DNA of 64,000 nt from Laetmonice hystrix (lineage: Eukaryota). Below are positions 51,521-64,000 of this stretch, one piece after another. Within the stretch, counting starts at the first letter, position 1. The number at the start of each line of letters is the position of its first letter. The notes beneath the pieces were generated by a model. It did no database searches. It was given only the letters and a program-made list of their open reading frames with translations, and was not told where the DNA came from. The translations under genes and the position numbers were made by a program. Location: positions 5,830,001 through 5,894,000 of the forward strand of contig OZ249436.1 in assembly GCA_965235115.1 (NCBI GenBank), in the 5' to 3' direction.

Positions 51521-54331
51521 TTGCCTCCCCATGACAGATGCTGATGCTGATGGAAGATTTACAATTTTACACACTGACAGCTGCGTCAAATTCCATGTTC
51601 TGTGCATTAAGCCTATCCATCCTAGAAGGGGCTCTGCTTCAATCGCTGATTGAGCTGCAGTGCTCACCAAGTGAGAGGGGGATGCTTGCCTTTTGCCAGT
51701 CTCTTTTTTCTCTCAAGTGGCTTCCATGCCTTTATGGAATGGCAGTTGGCTTGAATTTATGTTCTCTGTATGTTACGTGCTGTCTTTGAGGGGCCATCCT
51801 ATGGGAGTGTTACACAAGCACTTGTGTTCACACGATGACAAATACGTCACTCTGGGAGATGCCTGCCGAGCGTGAGCGCCCCTTTGATCATGTATTTTGT
51901 GTGTCCTAACCCACCCCAAGGTCAGGGCCTCCTACACTTAACACTCTTTCTGACAGACCATCACAGACGTGTCTGTGGCGGCATGTCGGAATCTTCCAAT
52001 GGAATGATCCTGTCAGCTTCCAGCTGTGTCTTGCTATCTATTATACCTCCTATTTTTTCTTGTTCCATGTATCAAGTTAGTCTTGAGTTGAGACCCTCCA
52101 TGTCAGTTGACCTAGATATTTTGAGCCAGTGTCACCTAAGCACCCATGAGAGAAATTCCATGGCATATATATATGAGGTTTCCTGTATATCAGCCGCTGA
52201 ATTAATTCATTTCTTATCAAAATAATTAGACATGGGCCCTAAATGCCACGTCGTATGCCAGCACTTGGAGTTGGTGGTCGCCGAATGATACTTCAACATG
52301 TTTTGTGCCCAAAGAACATAATTACTTGTCATGGATATGTATGCCACTAACCCCTGTTGTCTCTGTTAACTTCCCAGAACCTCTTCCAAAGGTTCCAAGA
52401 AGGCGGTTCAGACCGAAGTACCACCCACGGGAGGGCTGATTGTGGGGGTTCTCATCAGTTAGTCATGTAGCCACGAGGGTACCAGAACTTTAACCAGTCT
52501 GCACACTTTCTGACATGATGTATGGTTCCTGTTCCCCAGTTTTATGCATCAGAAAGAGTTGTAAGAGTTCCCTGTCTTTAATGTACCTGCATCTGTGCCG
52601 TTTGATTCACCGACTTTCTAGATGACATCCTGACTCCGCATTAATGGCCCAAGAAGTTGCCTTCTTGAGTGATCACCTTGTAAGGAAGAGGGACACCAAT
52701 TCTCGGCGAGATATTGAACTCTGGTCTGAGACGGCTATAAATCGTTAGCAGTATCATGCCGGTATTACGCTGCATGGGTCGACTTTCATAAGGACAGGGG
52801 ATGCCGTGAACAATAGAGGTGACAGCAAGTTCCGACAAACCGACTCCAATAGTCTCCTCGGCTATGCTGATGTTCCTCACTCACAATGGTCAGGGTGTTA
52901 CAGAGGGTCCAGCATAGATCAGGCTGTCACTTGACAGTGCCACTTTCTTCAGTGCTCTTCGCACCGCAGGGTGGCTCCACTAAAATGAATGTAATGATGC
53001 ATGGGAGTTGTGAACAGTTGGGGCCGATAGAGGATTATGGATGTTGCGTCTGCATCCTGGATGAGCTACAGCGCCGCATAGTGGCTGGGATTTCCATGAT
53101 GGAGATTGGGTGGTTGGGGGCAGTAACGGGTGAGCCGCCTTGTTATCTGCCATACAAGCGTCTAAAGCGAGCAGTCTAGCAGAAAGACACAGATAGCCTT
53201 GTGTGCATGCCGAACGCACATAGCCATTACGACGCAGCAAATCATGCAGCTGCGATGACGGCAATTGTTTTCTATTGTTTCCGTTGCCCGTTGTTGCCCC
53301 ACGCTGCGGGTGGAGTCTGAGTGAAATGTGAGTGGTGGGGTCCCACAAGCATGACCCCTTGGTTCCGTGAATCGATCACTCCAAGCATGTTCACTCAGTC
53401 AATAGCCAGTGTTCTGACAGCCAGCTCCACATCCATAATTTTCAGACTCCGTCAGCGGTACCAATTTGGTGAGAGCACTTCACAGACCTGTCAGCCGGTT
53501 CCACTGTCTCTGGGGGCTTTTTTAAAAGAAGAGGTCATTTTGATCAAAACACCATTACTTTTCATTTCCGATCAGAATCAAACTAAAACAGGTCAGTAGT
53601 GATACATTATGGAAAGGTACTTTATAATGGACCATCCATGGATCACTCCATGGTTCTGTGGATCAATCTCTCCAAGCATGTTCACTTTCGAAATAAACCT
53701 ACTGCTACTACTACTCTCTTTTTGTTTGTTTGTTTGAAGGTATCAATGAAACGTCGTCTTCAATACCTGTGTAAAGTTAGTTTTCTCACAGTGGTCTAAA
53801 ATATCCTCGGAGGTCATCGGAAACTCACATTTTAGCCCAATGATGTTGATTTCATATCATGTCCTGATATTATAGATATCAATGAGCGATAATATATGGA
53901 TTGGGCTTCAGTTAGTCCGAATATGGGTGACGATTAAAACTCTATATTGCCGATAAGTAGGTGTTAACAATACAGGTGGCCCAGTATTTACTTTCCTTAC
54001 GATATTTATGTAGCAGTCGTTGGCTTCCTATAGTTTGTGTACCCTTGTTCAGCCACCGGTGGCTTCCCCTTTTCTTTCAGTCTACCATGTGTTAGTAATG
54101 GACGACAGGTGAACCATTTGAATACAAAGCTTTCCTGGGTCATTGCCTTCCTTTATTTCCCCTTGTACATGTTAGAGTAATCTAAGGCAGTCAGTGCCTT
54201 GCCTTTTCTGTACTTGGGTCTGGTTCGAGTCACCTAATTGGCTTCATGTTGCTCCCCTCTGTTCAGCTGAAGCCAATCACTGGTTTCTCAGACAGTCATT
54301 TGTCGTGCCCAGGCGAGGTCGCGGAACGATT

Positions 54332-54504
54332 CAGGTTCAGTCAGTGTATCATATACAAAAGTCGGCATAATTTCCATGTTTACCCCATCAAAATATATAC
54401 CTACATCTAATCACGAAGCAGGTTCAGTCAGTGTATCATATACAAGAGTCGGCATAATTAAAATGTTTACCCCATCAAAATGTATACCTACATCTAATCA
54501 CGAA
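54332..54504. repeat. Two-copy 87-bp tandem duplication
   Basis: CAGGTTCAGTCAGTGTATCATATACAA...CTACATCTAATCACGAA at 54332 and 54419. Confidence 0.95.
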
Positions 54505-56762
54505 ATATGCATGCATGCAACCGTTTCTTGATATTAAAAATATGCATGCGTGCAACCGAAATTTTTCTTTTCTTTTCTGAGTGAAAGCAATAGAATAGGG
54601 AAAAAGAAAACGAATGAAAAAAACACACTAATGTAATTGCACTGTCTCTTCTTTTGGAAAACAGTATTTATCATCTTTCTGGGTAGAAATAAGTTTGTGT
54701 GGTGAGAGGATTTAATAAAAGATTCAGGATTAATAGTCATTGTTGAGAATCGTAATGATTCATGATGGTGAGGTCCATGTCTCCATGACAAAGTGTTATT
54801 GTGTTTCCCACCTGACCTGAGTGAGGTCAAGTCTTCTCACGAGCGTCCTGAGTGATCAGCATAAACTGATTCCACGTACCCCCCCCCCTCCACCGCGCCA
54901 GGCTGTGCCTGTTGGACGACTACGGCCAATATTGACAGCATTTATATCAACCACTCTGACCCCCTGTTAGTGCCAGTAAACGTATTACCACTTTTATATT
55001 TGGAAATTGCCACATAAACTGTCGACGGTACATTTTTTTATTGTTATTTACCAATCAGGATTCATCACATAACAATGTTAACTGCATTCATAATTTCCGT
55101 TTTGTCTAGCGGAGCCGTGACCACGTGCGGCCAGCCAGGACCAGTAGAGTCTGTTTCCCGGCGTCAGCTAGCCGACCTACCCCCCCCCCCCCCCCCAAAT
55201 ACTTCCACCCACACCAACGTCTCCGCCCATACATCCTGAATACCTACCAGGGCCTGTTATTACATTTCACTATAATATTATTCATTCACGTCATTCGTAA
55301 TACGCTGGGGTCGGGTCTGATGTATGTACATTTCTGAGATAGATGAGCATGTGTATGATATTTATGGGTGTATAACAATTCGGTAATTTAATAAGCAGCA
55401 GCTCGTGGCTCCATCATTGTGGTGCGAGGGAGCTAGGGATGAGGCGATGACAATAGACACGGTGCCCCGTCCTACCACCAGCCACGACAGCCAGGCCGCT
55501 CGCTCAGCAGCCGTGGCTTTTATAAAGAATAACCCGGCGATTATGAGGATTTTATTATTTTTATTTATGAGGCTGGCGTAGAGAGGTTGGAATGATGTAT
55601 GAAAGTTACTGCGAGCCGTGGTGCTCTGTCGGCGCCAGGCCTCGCTCGGAAGCAATAGGCACTTGGTGGCAAGCCCTCATAGATCCATTGGCCATTGGTA
55701 ATGCGACAGTAGCTCGGGCCCTTTCGCTCGTTATTCAACCAGCCGGCCACATCGGCTTCAGGAACCACTGATGGGATGCAGTCAGATCTGTGTCCCTCAC
55801 TGTAAATACAGAGGACATCTCACACATATGGTGACTGTGGAGAGGCTGTGTTCCATCGACTTCCTGGGTAGTTGAGGTTTGGGAAAGGTTAAACCTATTG
55901 CTTCCAAGGACAGAGTAGTCGTCAAATTATCGCATATAATAGCATCTAGAAGTAACTTATAGAAAATGCCAATTGAAGGTTATCCTCGGGGACTACAGAC
56001 AAACGTAATGGCCAAAAGAAAGTTAAATGCTTCATTTTTAGTAGTTAGTGTTGGTAATCTTGCCCAACAATCAAAAGTTGTCTTAATCGTTTGCAAGAAA
56101 CGTACCAGAAAAAAAAGCCTGAAAATGATCACATTTATCTGTAGCTGTAAATCATTGTAATCATGTCTATCAGACTGATTTCATCAGAAGAAAATAATTG
56201 AAATTGTTCCTCTGCCCGGAGAGCGGCATGTTATTTATTGGTTGCGAGGAGGCCGCCATTCTCAGCCTGCCTGTCGCAGCGTCCCCAGCGGATTGTCCAC
56301 GACGACAGATCGCTTCCTCGACCCCCGTTTGTCCTTATTGATAATTAATCAACGGACCTTTTTCATAATCCATAATTCATCTCATTACGGAGTGGAGGAG
56401 CACTGTGGACAGTTGATTGTGTCAGAGTTCTGTGGACTCATCTCTGAGCCTCCCTGGCTTTGAATCGGAAGAAAAACGGGCCAAATTTACCATTTTCAGA
56501 ATGTGAATTTCCAGTCAGCTGCTTCAACAGTTGATGATTCATGGGTCTGGTAAAGAGTGGGAAGGTAAAAACCTCCCGAGCTATTAAAGTACTCCCAAAT
56601 CAGATGGTCTTCCTCCCCATTAATTTGTAATAGTTCTGGAGAAATAGTTGAATGATAGTTTTTACACATACATTATATTGGCAGCTATTTTCAACCCTAG
56701 CCATCAATTGACTTTTGGCTAGTTTAACGTCATCATTGTTCTGAATGTATATTCTGTTAAGG

Positions 56763-57600
56763 TGCCATCCAACACTACTGGGCATCGTGATCATGAATTG
56801 ATTTAAATGTCTATGATGCCATCCAACACTAGCTGGTGATCATGAATGAATTTAAATGTATGTGATGCCATCCAACACTAGCCATTGGGGATCATGAATG
56901 GATTTAAATGTCTATGATGCCATCCAACATCGCCATTGGTAATCATGAATGGATTTAAATGTCTATGATGCCATCCAACACTAGCCACTGGGGATCATGA
57001 ATGGATTTAAATGTATGTGGTGCCATCCAACACTAACTATTGGGGATCATGGATGGATGTAAATGTCTATGATGCCATCCAACACTAGCTGGTGATCATG
57101 AATGGATTTAAATGTATGTGGTGCCATCCAACACTAGCTATTGGGGATCATGGATGGAATTAAATGTCTGTGATGCCATCCAACACTCGCCATTGGGGAT
57201 TATGAATGAATTTAAATGTCTATGATGCCATCCAACACTAGCCATTGGGGATCATGAATGGATTTAAATGTCTGTGATGCCATCCAACATCGCCATTGGT
57301 GATCATGAATGGATTTAAATGTCTATGATGCCATCCAACACTAGCCACTGGGGATCATGAATGGATTTAAATGTATGTGGTGCCATCCAACACTAACTAT
57401 TGGGGATCATGGATGGATGTAAATGTCTATGATGCCATCCAACACTAGCTGGTGATCATGAATGGATTTAAATGTATGTGGTGCCATCCAACACTAGCTA
57501 TTGGGGATCATGGATGGATTTAAATGTCTGTGATGCCATCCAACATCGCCATTGGTGATCATGAATGAATTTAAATGTCTATGATGCCATCCAACACTCG
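56763..57600. repeat. Minisatellite, ~52-bp unit (49-53), ~16 copies, with 360-bp higher-order duplication
   Basis: Unit GCCATCCAACACTAGCCATTGGGGATCATGAATGGATTTAAATGTCTATGAT; 56881-57180 is nearly identical to 57241-57540. Confidence 0.97.
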
Positions 57601-60600
57601 TCATCGATGGACGATGTCCTTCCCTCACTCTATATTCTAGAACTCGGTAACTGTGCCGTCCAACACTGGTCACTCACAGTCGTGAACGTATATGTTTGAT
57701 TTATGTTTTTTGGAGTTGAGAAGGCTCCCATTTTCCTGTGTTTACTTAGTGTTTAACTGTGTTTTACTTAGTGTTTAATTGTCAGTGTATCACCCAACCA
57801 TCCAGCACAAGATTGCGTTCTATTCCCGTCTCTGTCAGTGTCCGTGGTTGTACCTTCCCCTTTCTGAGACGGGCTTGTGCTTTTAGCAAAGGGATTTGTC
57901 TTTGTAAATTATGTTGGAAACGGTGACAGTGTCCAGAGGCGACATGGAATGGACAGGGCAGGAGTGTGGGCAAGCCGAACATGTTCACTGATGCACAGAG
58001 TACAGATGTACCACTTGTCAGTGATGTCGTTACTGGTACAAATAACCGCTTGTAAATTCAGTCTACCTTATGGACAAAAACAGTGCTGAAAAAGCCAACA
58101 TCTTCTTAACCTAAATAGTCTGTCATAAGAGCCAAGCGTACAAAAGCAGGATGTATGCATTAGACCTGTATGACTGAGGAAATCTACAGTAACGTCAGCG
58201 CTGATCGCAGCTTCATGTACTGACGACACGAGGTGATTAGGAAAACTGATCCACCTTGAGAAAGATTCATCTTTAGGTCCCTGATATATACGATTAGATA
58301 TCTAATTGATAGGTAACTATTACTACATACCACTTCCATGATTACATAGAGAGGCTATAAAATTTCCGGTAACAGTAGACAATATTGTTTTATGTGTATG
58401 AGATATGCCATTAACCATGCCTCAGTGCTGTACAGATGTAAGCTGTTCCAATGCAGCGTAATGCCTGGCAATATATGATATAAATTACTTATGGAACGTT
58501 ACATTAAGTTGCCATATATATTTGTTCTTATCACTGGGAGGCAAGCATATCTCTGCCATCCCTGATTGTGTCTGTCAGTGTACAAACGACGAATTGGATG
58601 GTGTTGAGTTGATTGTAGCTTTTACGGAAAAACATCTCGAGTTAATTAGTAAGGAAACACCATGAGTTATATGGACACAAATAGCAGGACCACGGGCATT
58701 CGTAAATCTTTCCACGGGTCCAGGGGGCTGGGAAATCAGCCAATCAACTCTCAAACAATGTTTTTGTTTCAAGGCCACCCACCTGCCTTTTGCGGCAAAA
58801 ACCCTGAGGAAACTGTCATAATTTGTTTATTAATGCCAGCCCCATGTAGATAGTACATTGTTATGCTACATGCAGTGGTAGATAATTTGGCATGTCGTCA
58901 TTTTTCTCCAGGGTACAGTGAGATAGCCTGCCGCGAAATGATTAACAGCATCTGTATTATCTGTTCTGCCAAGTTGACTTGATGTATGTTTTGTCAAGTG
59001 GCTGTAGACATGGCCGTACATCAAGCCATGCAAGTATACATATATCACATAGTTTTTAGGCGGCCGCACAGTCAGCGACATAGATATGCCCAGTATGTAG
59101 ACTCCTATTATACAACAGCATCCAAACAGCACACCACGTAAACAAATAGAAAATGCCTCATTTTTCATCTCCGTGCCAGTCTGAGCTGATACGGAGCCCT
59201 TGCAGGAAAATGAAAAGTTTTTCCTGGTATTTTTGACATATCACAGCGGGTTTTATCGGAATAGTTGATAGAGTGACAGGTTTTGGGCGTGTTCGAGGGA
59301 TTATTTTTAACTCTAGCTAAGACTGGGCCTGTTTGATGGAAGGCGGAGGTGAAGAGTGGTGACAGGCAGGTAGTTGGTGAAGAGGAATGGATCCAAGTGG
59401 AGGTACGGTGAGCTGTGGGACCCGGCTGTGGGACCCAGCCCTGGAGCCTGCCAGCCTGCATACAGGCATCCTCCTTACAGCCGACATGCATCATCCCTGC
59501 TGCATGCTCCCGCCACGGGCAACTGTTTCACCCGGCCAAATGTATACAAAAATTAGCCACATCACCATACATCAACATCTATTATAAATCTCTCAGCTGT
59601 GATAATCGCCAACCACTCTCTGTGAATTGGCGGCCCTGCCACGGAGGTAAATTAAATCTGTCGCAACGTTTCACTTCAGATATATAAATCTTTGTGCGCA
59701 ATAATAAGCTTGTGCTTGGCGCCCCCCAGGAAGGCGGGCAGATCAAAGCAAGTCTGTGGGCGCTTCAGGTTCGCTCTCATCAATATTGGTGACTCTAAGG
59801 TGAAGGTCAATTGGGCTTGTTTCCCCCGTGCGCCCCCACAGTCGTAAGTAATGAAGACAATTACCGTAGCCACACATGCCCATAATCTGATGGAACGGCT
59901 ACACTGATTACAGCAAGGCGCACACTGACTTTTTTCCTACCCTTTTTGACCCAGTTGCCTGTGATGATTTATCGACTTGGTGGGGTTCTCTCCTCAAAGG
60001 AGTGTACAAGTCTCTAGCCCGGGGTAGATCCGTATCGAGGAAAGAGATCGGGAGGTTTGCCTCGGGCGAATATAGGCCGAGGTCTGTGGAATTACCCTTT
60101 ATCTTAGATCACGGTACTTCTCGAGAAATTGGCACTTTGTTGTCTGCTAAGGAATGTGATTGTCGAATTTTCACCTTTTTTTAAAAGATTGATGGTGACT
60201 TCTATGTGGTATGAAGTGTTTGAACAATGGTTGGATGACTGGAGGCTCACAAAATGGCTGTTATTTTACGAGCTGTGAACAGGACTACTGACACACACAT
60301 ACAGGACCACCGGCACACTGAACATTACATGCTTTCCATTACACCATCATTAAAGAAAATCACAAGGTATTAAGACACAACCCACCCAAAATTCATGGCT
60401 ACTATTTTTTTTCGCTTCATATTATACACGATAAAAATACCTCTTAGGCCTGATTACAAGGAAGAGGATGTGACTTTATGGGACTGCACTGTCATTTTTT
60501 TGGAAACTATTAGATACTCAAGTTTGACGACTATCATTAAGTCTGATATATATCTTCTGTACCAAGTCAAGGTTTCTTTTCAAAGATTTCATCATATATT

Positions 60601-62077
60601 ATATCATGTAGGACGTACTGGTTCCTAAGCGTTAGTTTCCAGGAAACACTTTTTTCAGGACCGAAAGATAGATTTACACATGAAAAATGAATAATAAATG
60701 TCTTTCTCTCATTATCCTTATTTACCTAATCTTAGCTTCTGACAACATTATCTGCCGCGTAAATTAGCTCTCCCCCTTACACTGTATGATAAAGATGATA
60801 TATTAGGTTTCATGATAGGGAAGTGATGCGGAAGATAGCATTCTAATGATTCTAGATTAAGGCCAAGCCGCATTATAAATCCCTTGAATATGAGCGCCAA
60901 CGCAACTGAAAAGATAATAGGTAGCATTGTAGATTCTCAGAATAAAAAACTTAAAATGTGCCATACAGTTTTCCGAAAGCAATTTTCTACCTTTCACCAG
61001 TAAAAACCCTCAATATAGTGAAGATCAAACTGCCCCTATCATGCACTGTAATCGATTTGCCTTGTTTGAAGATCAATTTTTTGACCCGTTTTTCAGCCTG
61101 GTAATCAATATTAAGTTCTTTGGAAATAGAATTGGTTGCCATTGTCTGCAAATGCAGCAGGTATCACATTTTACGTGAGATAAGTATCAACCAGAACTGA
61201 CAAAATGAACGTTCATGTACAAATAAGTACAAATTGTTTATGGTTGTGTCCAGCGTGTGTTTTCCAGTGAAAATGGTAGTAGTACAGGCTATCCCCCCAC
61301 CCCCCAGAAAAAACACTAAAACTATAAAGAAACTGTACTATTATTAAGTAACCCTCCCCTTTGTCTTCAGACCAATTGGCACATCCTCTTTTTAAAAAAA
61401 TAATAACGGGAAGATGAAGATGTAAGATTTGTAGGAAGTTATTCATGCTGGTTGTTTTCTTTCATCATTTTGTAGTTTAAAGGGCGCCAGAATGTGAGAG
61501 GATTAAAATCCAGCTTGAGGCAACCTGATTATATACCCGGCCTAAACTCTGAGGTGTACCCACGACTTATGATGATAGGGATTGTATTGTTTCCATGTAA
61601 TTGTCACCAATCACTGTACATTCCTGTATATGTTTAACTAGCCATTAAGATTGATATCGTCCGGGGACGGCAGACTACCGACATCATACAGCGGTATTAC
61701 CACGGAATGCCATTTCTCACCGTCACTTCATAAAGATACTGATAACATGAACAAAGATAATTAGCCTCATAGCCATGCTATTGTTCTTGATTAATTGCCA
61801 TCAATTACAGAGGCTAGACAGGTCCAACCAGTTACAACAGTAGACACGCCACTTTATGTAGATTGATAATGGCCACATTGGTCATAGTTTATATGTACCC
61901 TGCCATGGGGCAGAGGCCATGAGTCTCTGGACATGCGGGATGGGTCCTGACTGGTGGACCAGGTAGTCAGCCATGAAACGGCCACTTATCACACGATAGC
62001 CAACAGTAATGGTCAAGTAATGACAGTTTTCATGGAATGAGGTACATACAACTTTCCTGGAATGAGCGTAGGTATCT

Positions 62078-63452
62078 TCTCATACCCTCCACTACATCTA
62101 ACACATTGACTGAAGGATCTCATTATCTCATACCCACCACTCCATCTAACACATTGACTGCAGGATCTCATTATCTCATACCCACCACTCCATCTAACAC
62201 ATTGACTGAAGGATCTCATTGTCTCATACCCTCCACTCCATCTAACACATTGACTGAAGGATCTCATTGTCTCATACCCTCCACTCCATCTAACACATTG
62301 ACTGAAGGATCTCATTGTCTCATACCCTCCACTACATCTAACACATTGACTGAAGGATCTCATTGTCTCATACCCTCCACTCCATCTAACACATTGACTG
62401 AAGGATCTCATTGTCTCATACCCTCCACTCCATCTAACACATTGACTGAAGGGTCTCATTGTCTCATACCCTCCACTCCATCTAACACATTGACTGCAGG
62501 ATCTCATTGTCTCATACCCTCCACTCCATCTAACACATTGACTGAAGGATCTCATTGTTCATACCCTCCACTCCATCTAACACATTGACTGAAGGATCTC
62601 ATTGTTCATACCCTCCACTCCATCTAACACATTGACTGAAGGATCTCATTGTCTCATACCCACCACTCCATCTAACACATTGACTGAAGGATCTCATTGT
62701 CTCATACCCTCCACTCCATCTAACACATTGAAGGATCTCATTGTCTCATACCCTCCACTCCATCTAACACATTGACTGAAGGATCTCATTGTCTCATACC
62801 CTCCACTCCATCTAACACATTGACTGAAGGATCTCATTGTCTCATACCCTCCACTCCATCTAACACATTGACTGAAGGATCTTATTGTCTCATACCCTCC
62901 ACTCCATCTAACACATTGACTGAAGGATCTCATTGTCTCATACCCTCCACTCCATCTAACACATTGACTGAAGGATCTCATTGTTCATACCCTCCACTCC
63001 ATCTAACACATTGACTGAAGGATCTCATTGTCTCATACCCTCCACTCCATCTAACACATTGACTGCAGGATCTCATTGTCTCATACCCACCACTCCATCT
63101 AACACATTGGCTGAAGGATCTCATTGTTCATACCCTCCACTCCATCTAACACATTGACTGAAGGATCTCATTGTTCATACCCTCCACTCCATCTAACACA
63201 TTGACTGACGGATCTCATTGTCTCATACCCTCCACTCCATCTAACACATTGACTGAAGGATCTCATTGTCTCATACCCTCCACTCCATCTAACACATTGA
63301 CTGAAGGATCTCATTGTCCCATACCCTCCACTCCATCTAACACATTGACTGAAGGATCTCATTGCCTCATACCCTCCACTACATCGAACACATTGAAGGA
63401 TCTCATTGTCTCATACCCTCCACTCCATTTAACACATTGAAGGATCTCATTG
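62078..63452. repeat. Minisatellite, 48-bp unit (46/44-bp variants), ~29 copies
   Basis: Unit TCTCATACCCTCCACTCCATCTAACACATTGACTGAAGGATCTCATTG; explains the ORFs on both strands at 62013-63440. Confidence 0.98.
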
Positions 63453-64000
63453 CAGTCGAGTAGAACAGAGATTATGTATGTATCTGGCTGAGGGCTTTCT
63501 CTTTGGGATGCCTTTCCAATAACTACAATGAAGAAGATAGTCTCGGCGTAAGTCTTGGAAAACCAACAATTAAAGCGGGTTCGCAACCACTAGTAACATC
63601 CAAGAGTAATTGTGAAATATTTAAATTAGAATTAAACGCCATGTATGTGTGTTATCTGGAAGGACCTTCTTCAGGATTTACTAAGTTTCTCCCACGTGGC
63701 CAGAAGAACATGATGCAATCACCTCGATATCTGTTTGGTTAATTCGTGTTCGTTGGGTTAAATCCCACTCCATTTCAACAGGCAATTTATTCTTAATGCC
63801 CTGGATGGACCACTGAAGTATTGCTTTTGTTTGACCTGATCCCTTAATACTTCCAATGGCGCCCAGAGGGGCATTCTTGAGGTCTAAGGAAGTCCCAATG
63901 CCAAGTATGAGGTAATCTCAACAAGTCGCAGATTCCTGCCACGTCGTGACCGATACTAGTCACGAGAAGAGCAACAAAAATCATGCAAAACTTGCTTCGC

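Noticed and set aside
54180..54290. GGTTCGAGTC B-box as a tRNA gene
   Set aside because: No cloverleaf or clear A-box; at most a decayed SINE head.
62013..63440. Repeat ORFs on both strands (LIPSTPSNTLTEGSHC / MRSFSQCVRWSGGYET)
   Set aside because: The 48-bp unit is repeatedly broken by 46- and 44-bp variants, so the frame is not maintained.
51..63452. Tandem arrays as CRISPR arrays
   Set aside because: Units are head-to-tail with no unique spacers, there are no cas genes, and the context is eukaryotic.

Overview
Animal (bilaterian, probably lophotrochozoan/mollusc-like) non-coding DNA, either intergenic or inside a large intron. No protein-coding gene, rRNA, tRNA or CRISPR array can be supported, and every long ORF in the track is a by-product of tandem repeats. 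About a quarter of the window (~16 kb, my estimate) consists of ~15 mutually unrelated minisatellite arrays with 29-85 bp units, several showing higher-order duplications, plus 2-3-copy local duplications. The rest holds about ten short non-autonomous DNA transposons (MITE-like; TTAA, TA, CTG and 5-bp target duplications), one SINE whose tail is incorporated into an array, decayed LINE reverse-transcriptase relics, a near-consensus CTCF site, several TF-motif-dense enhancer-like blocks and a few unconfirmed micro-exon candidates. I found no convincing new multi-gene system. The most interesting signal is that amplified repeat units often carry perfected inverted repeats that the terminal copies lack.
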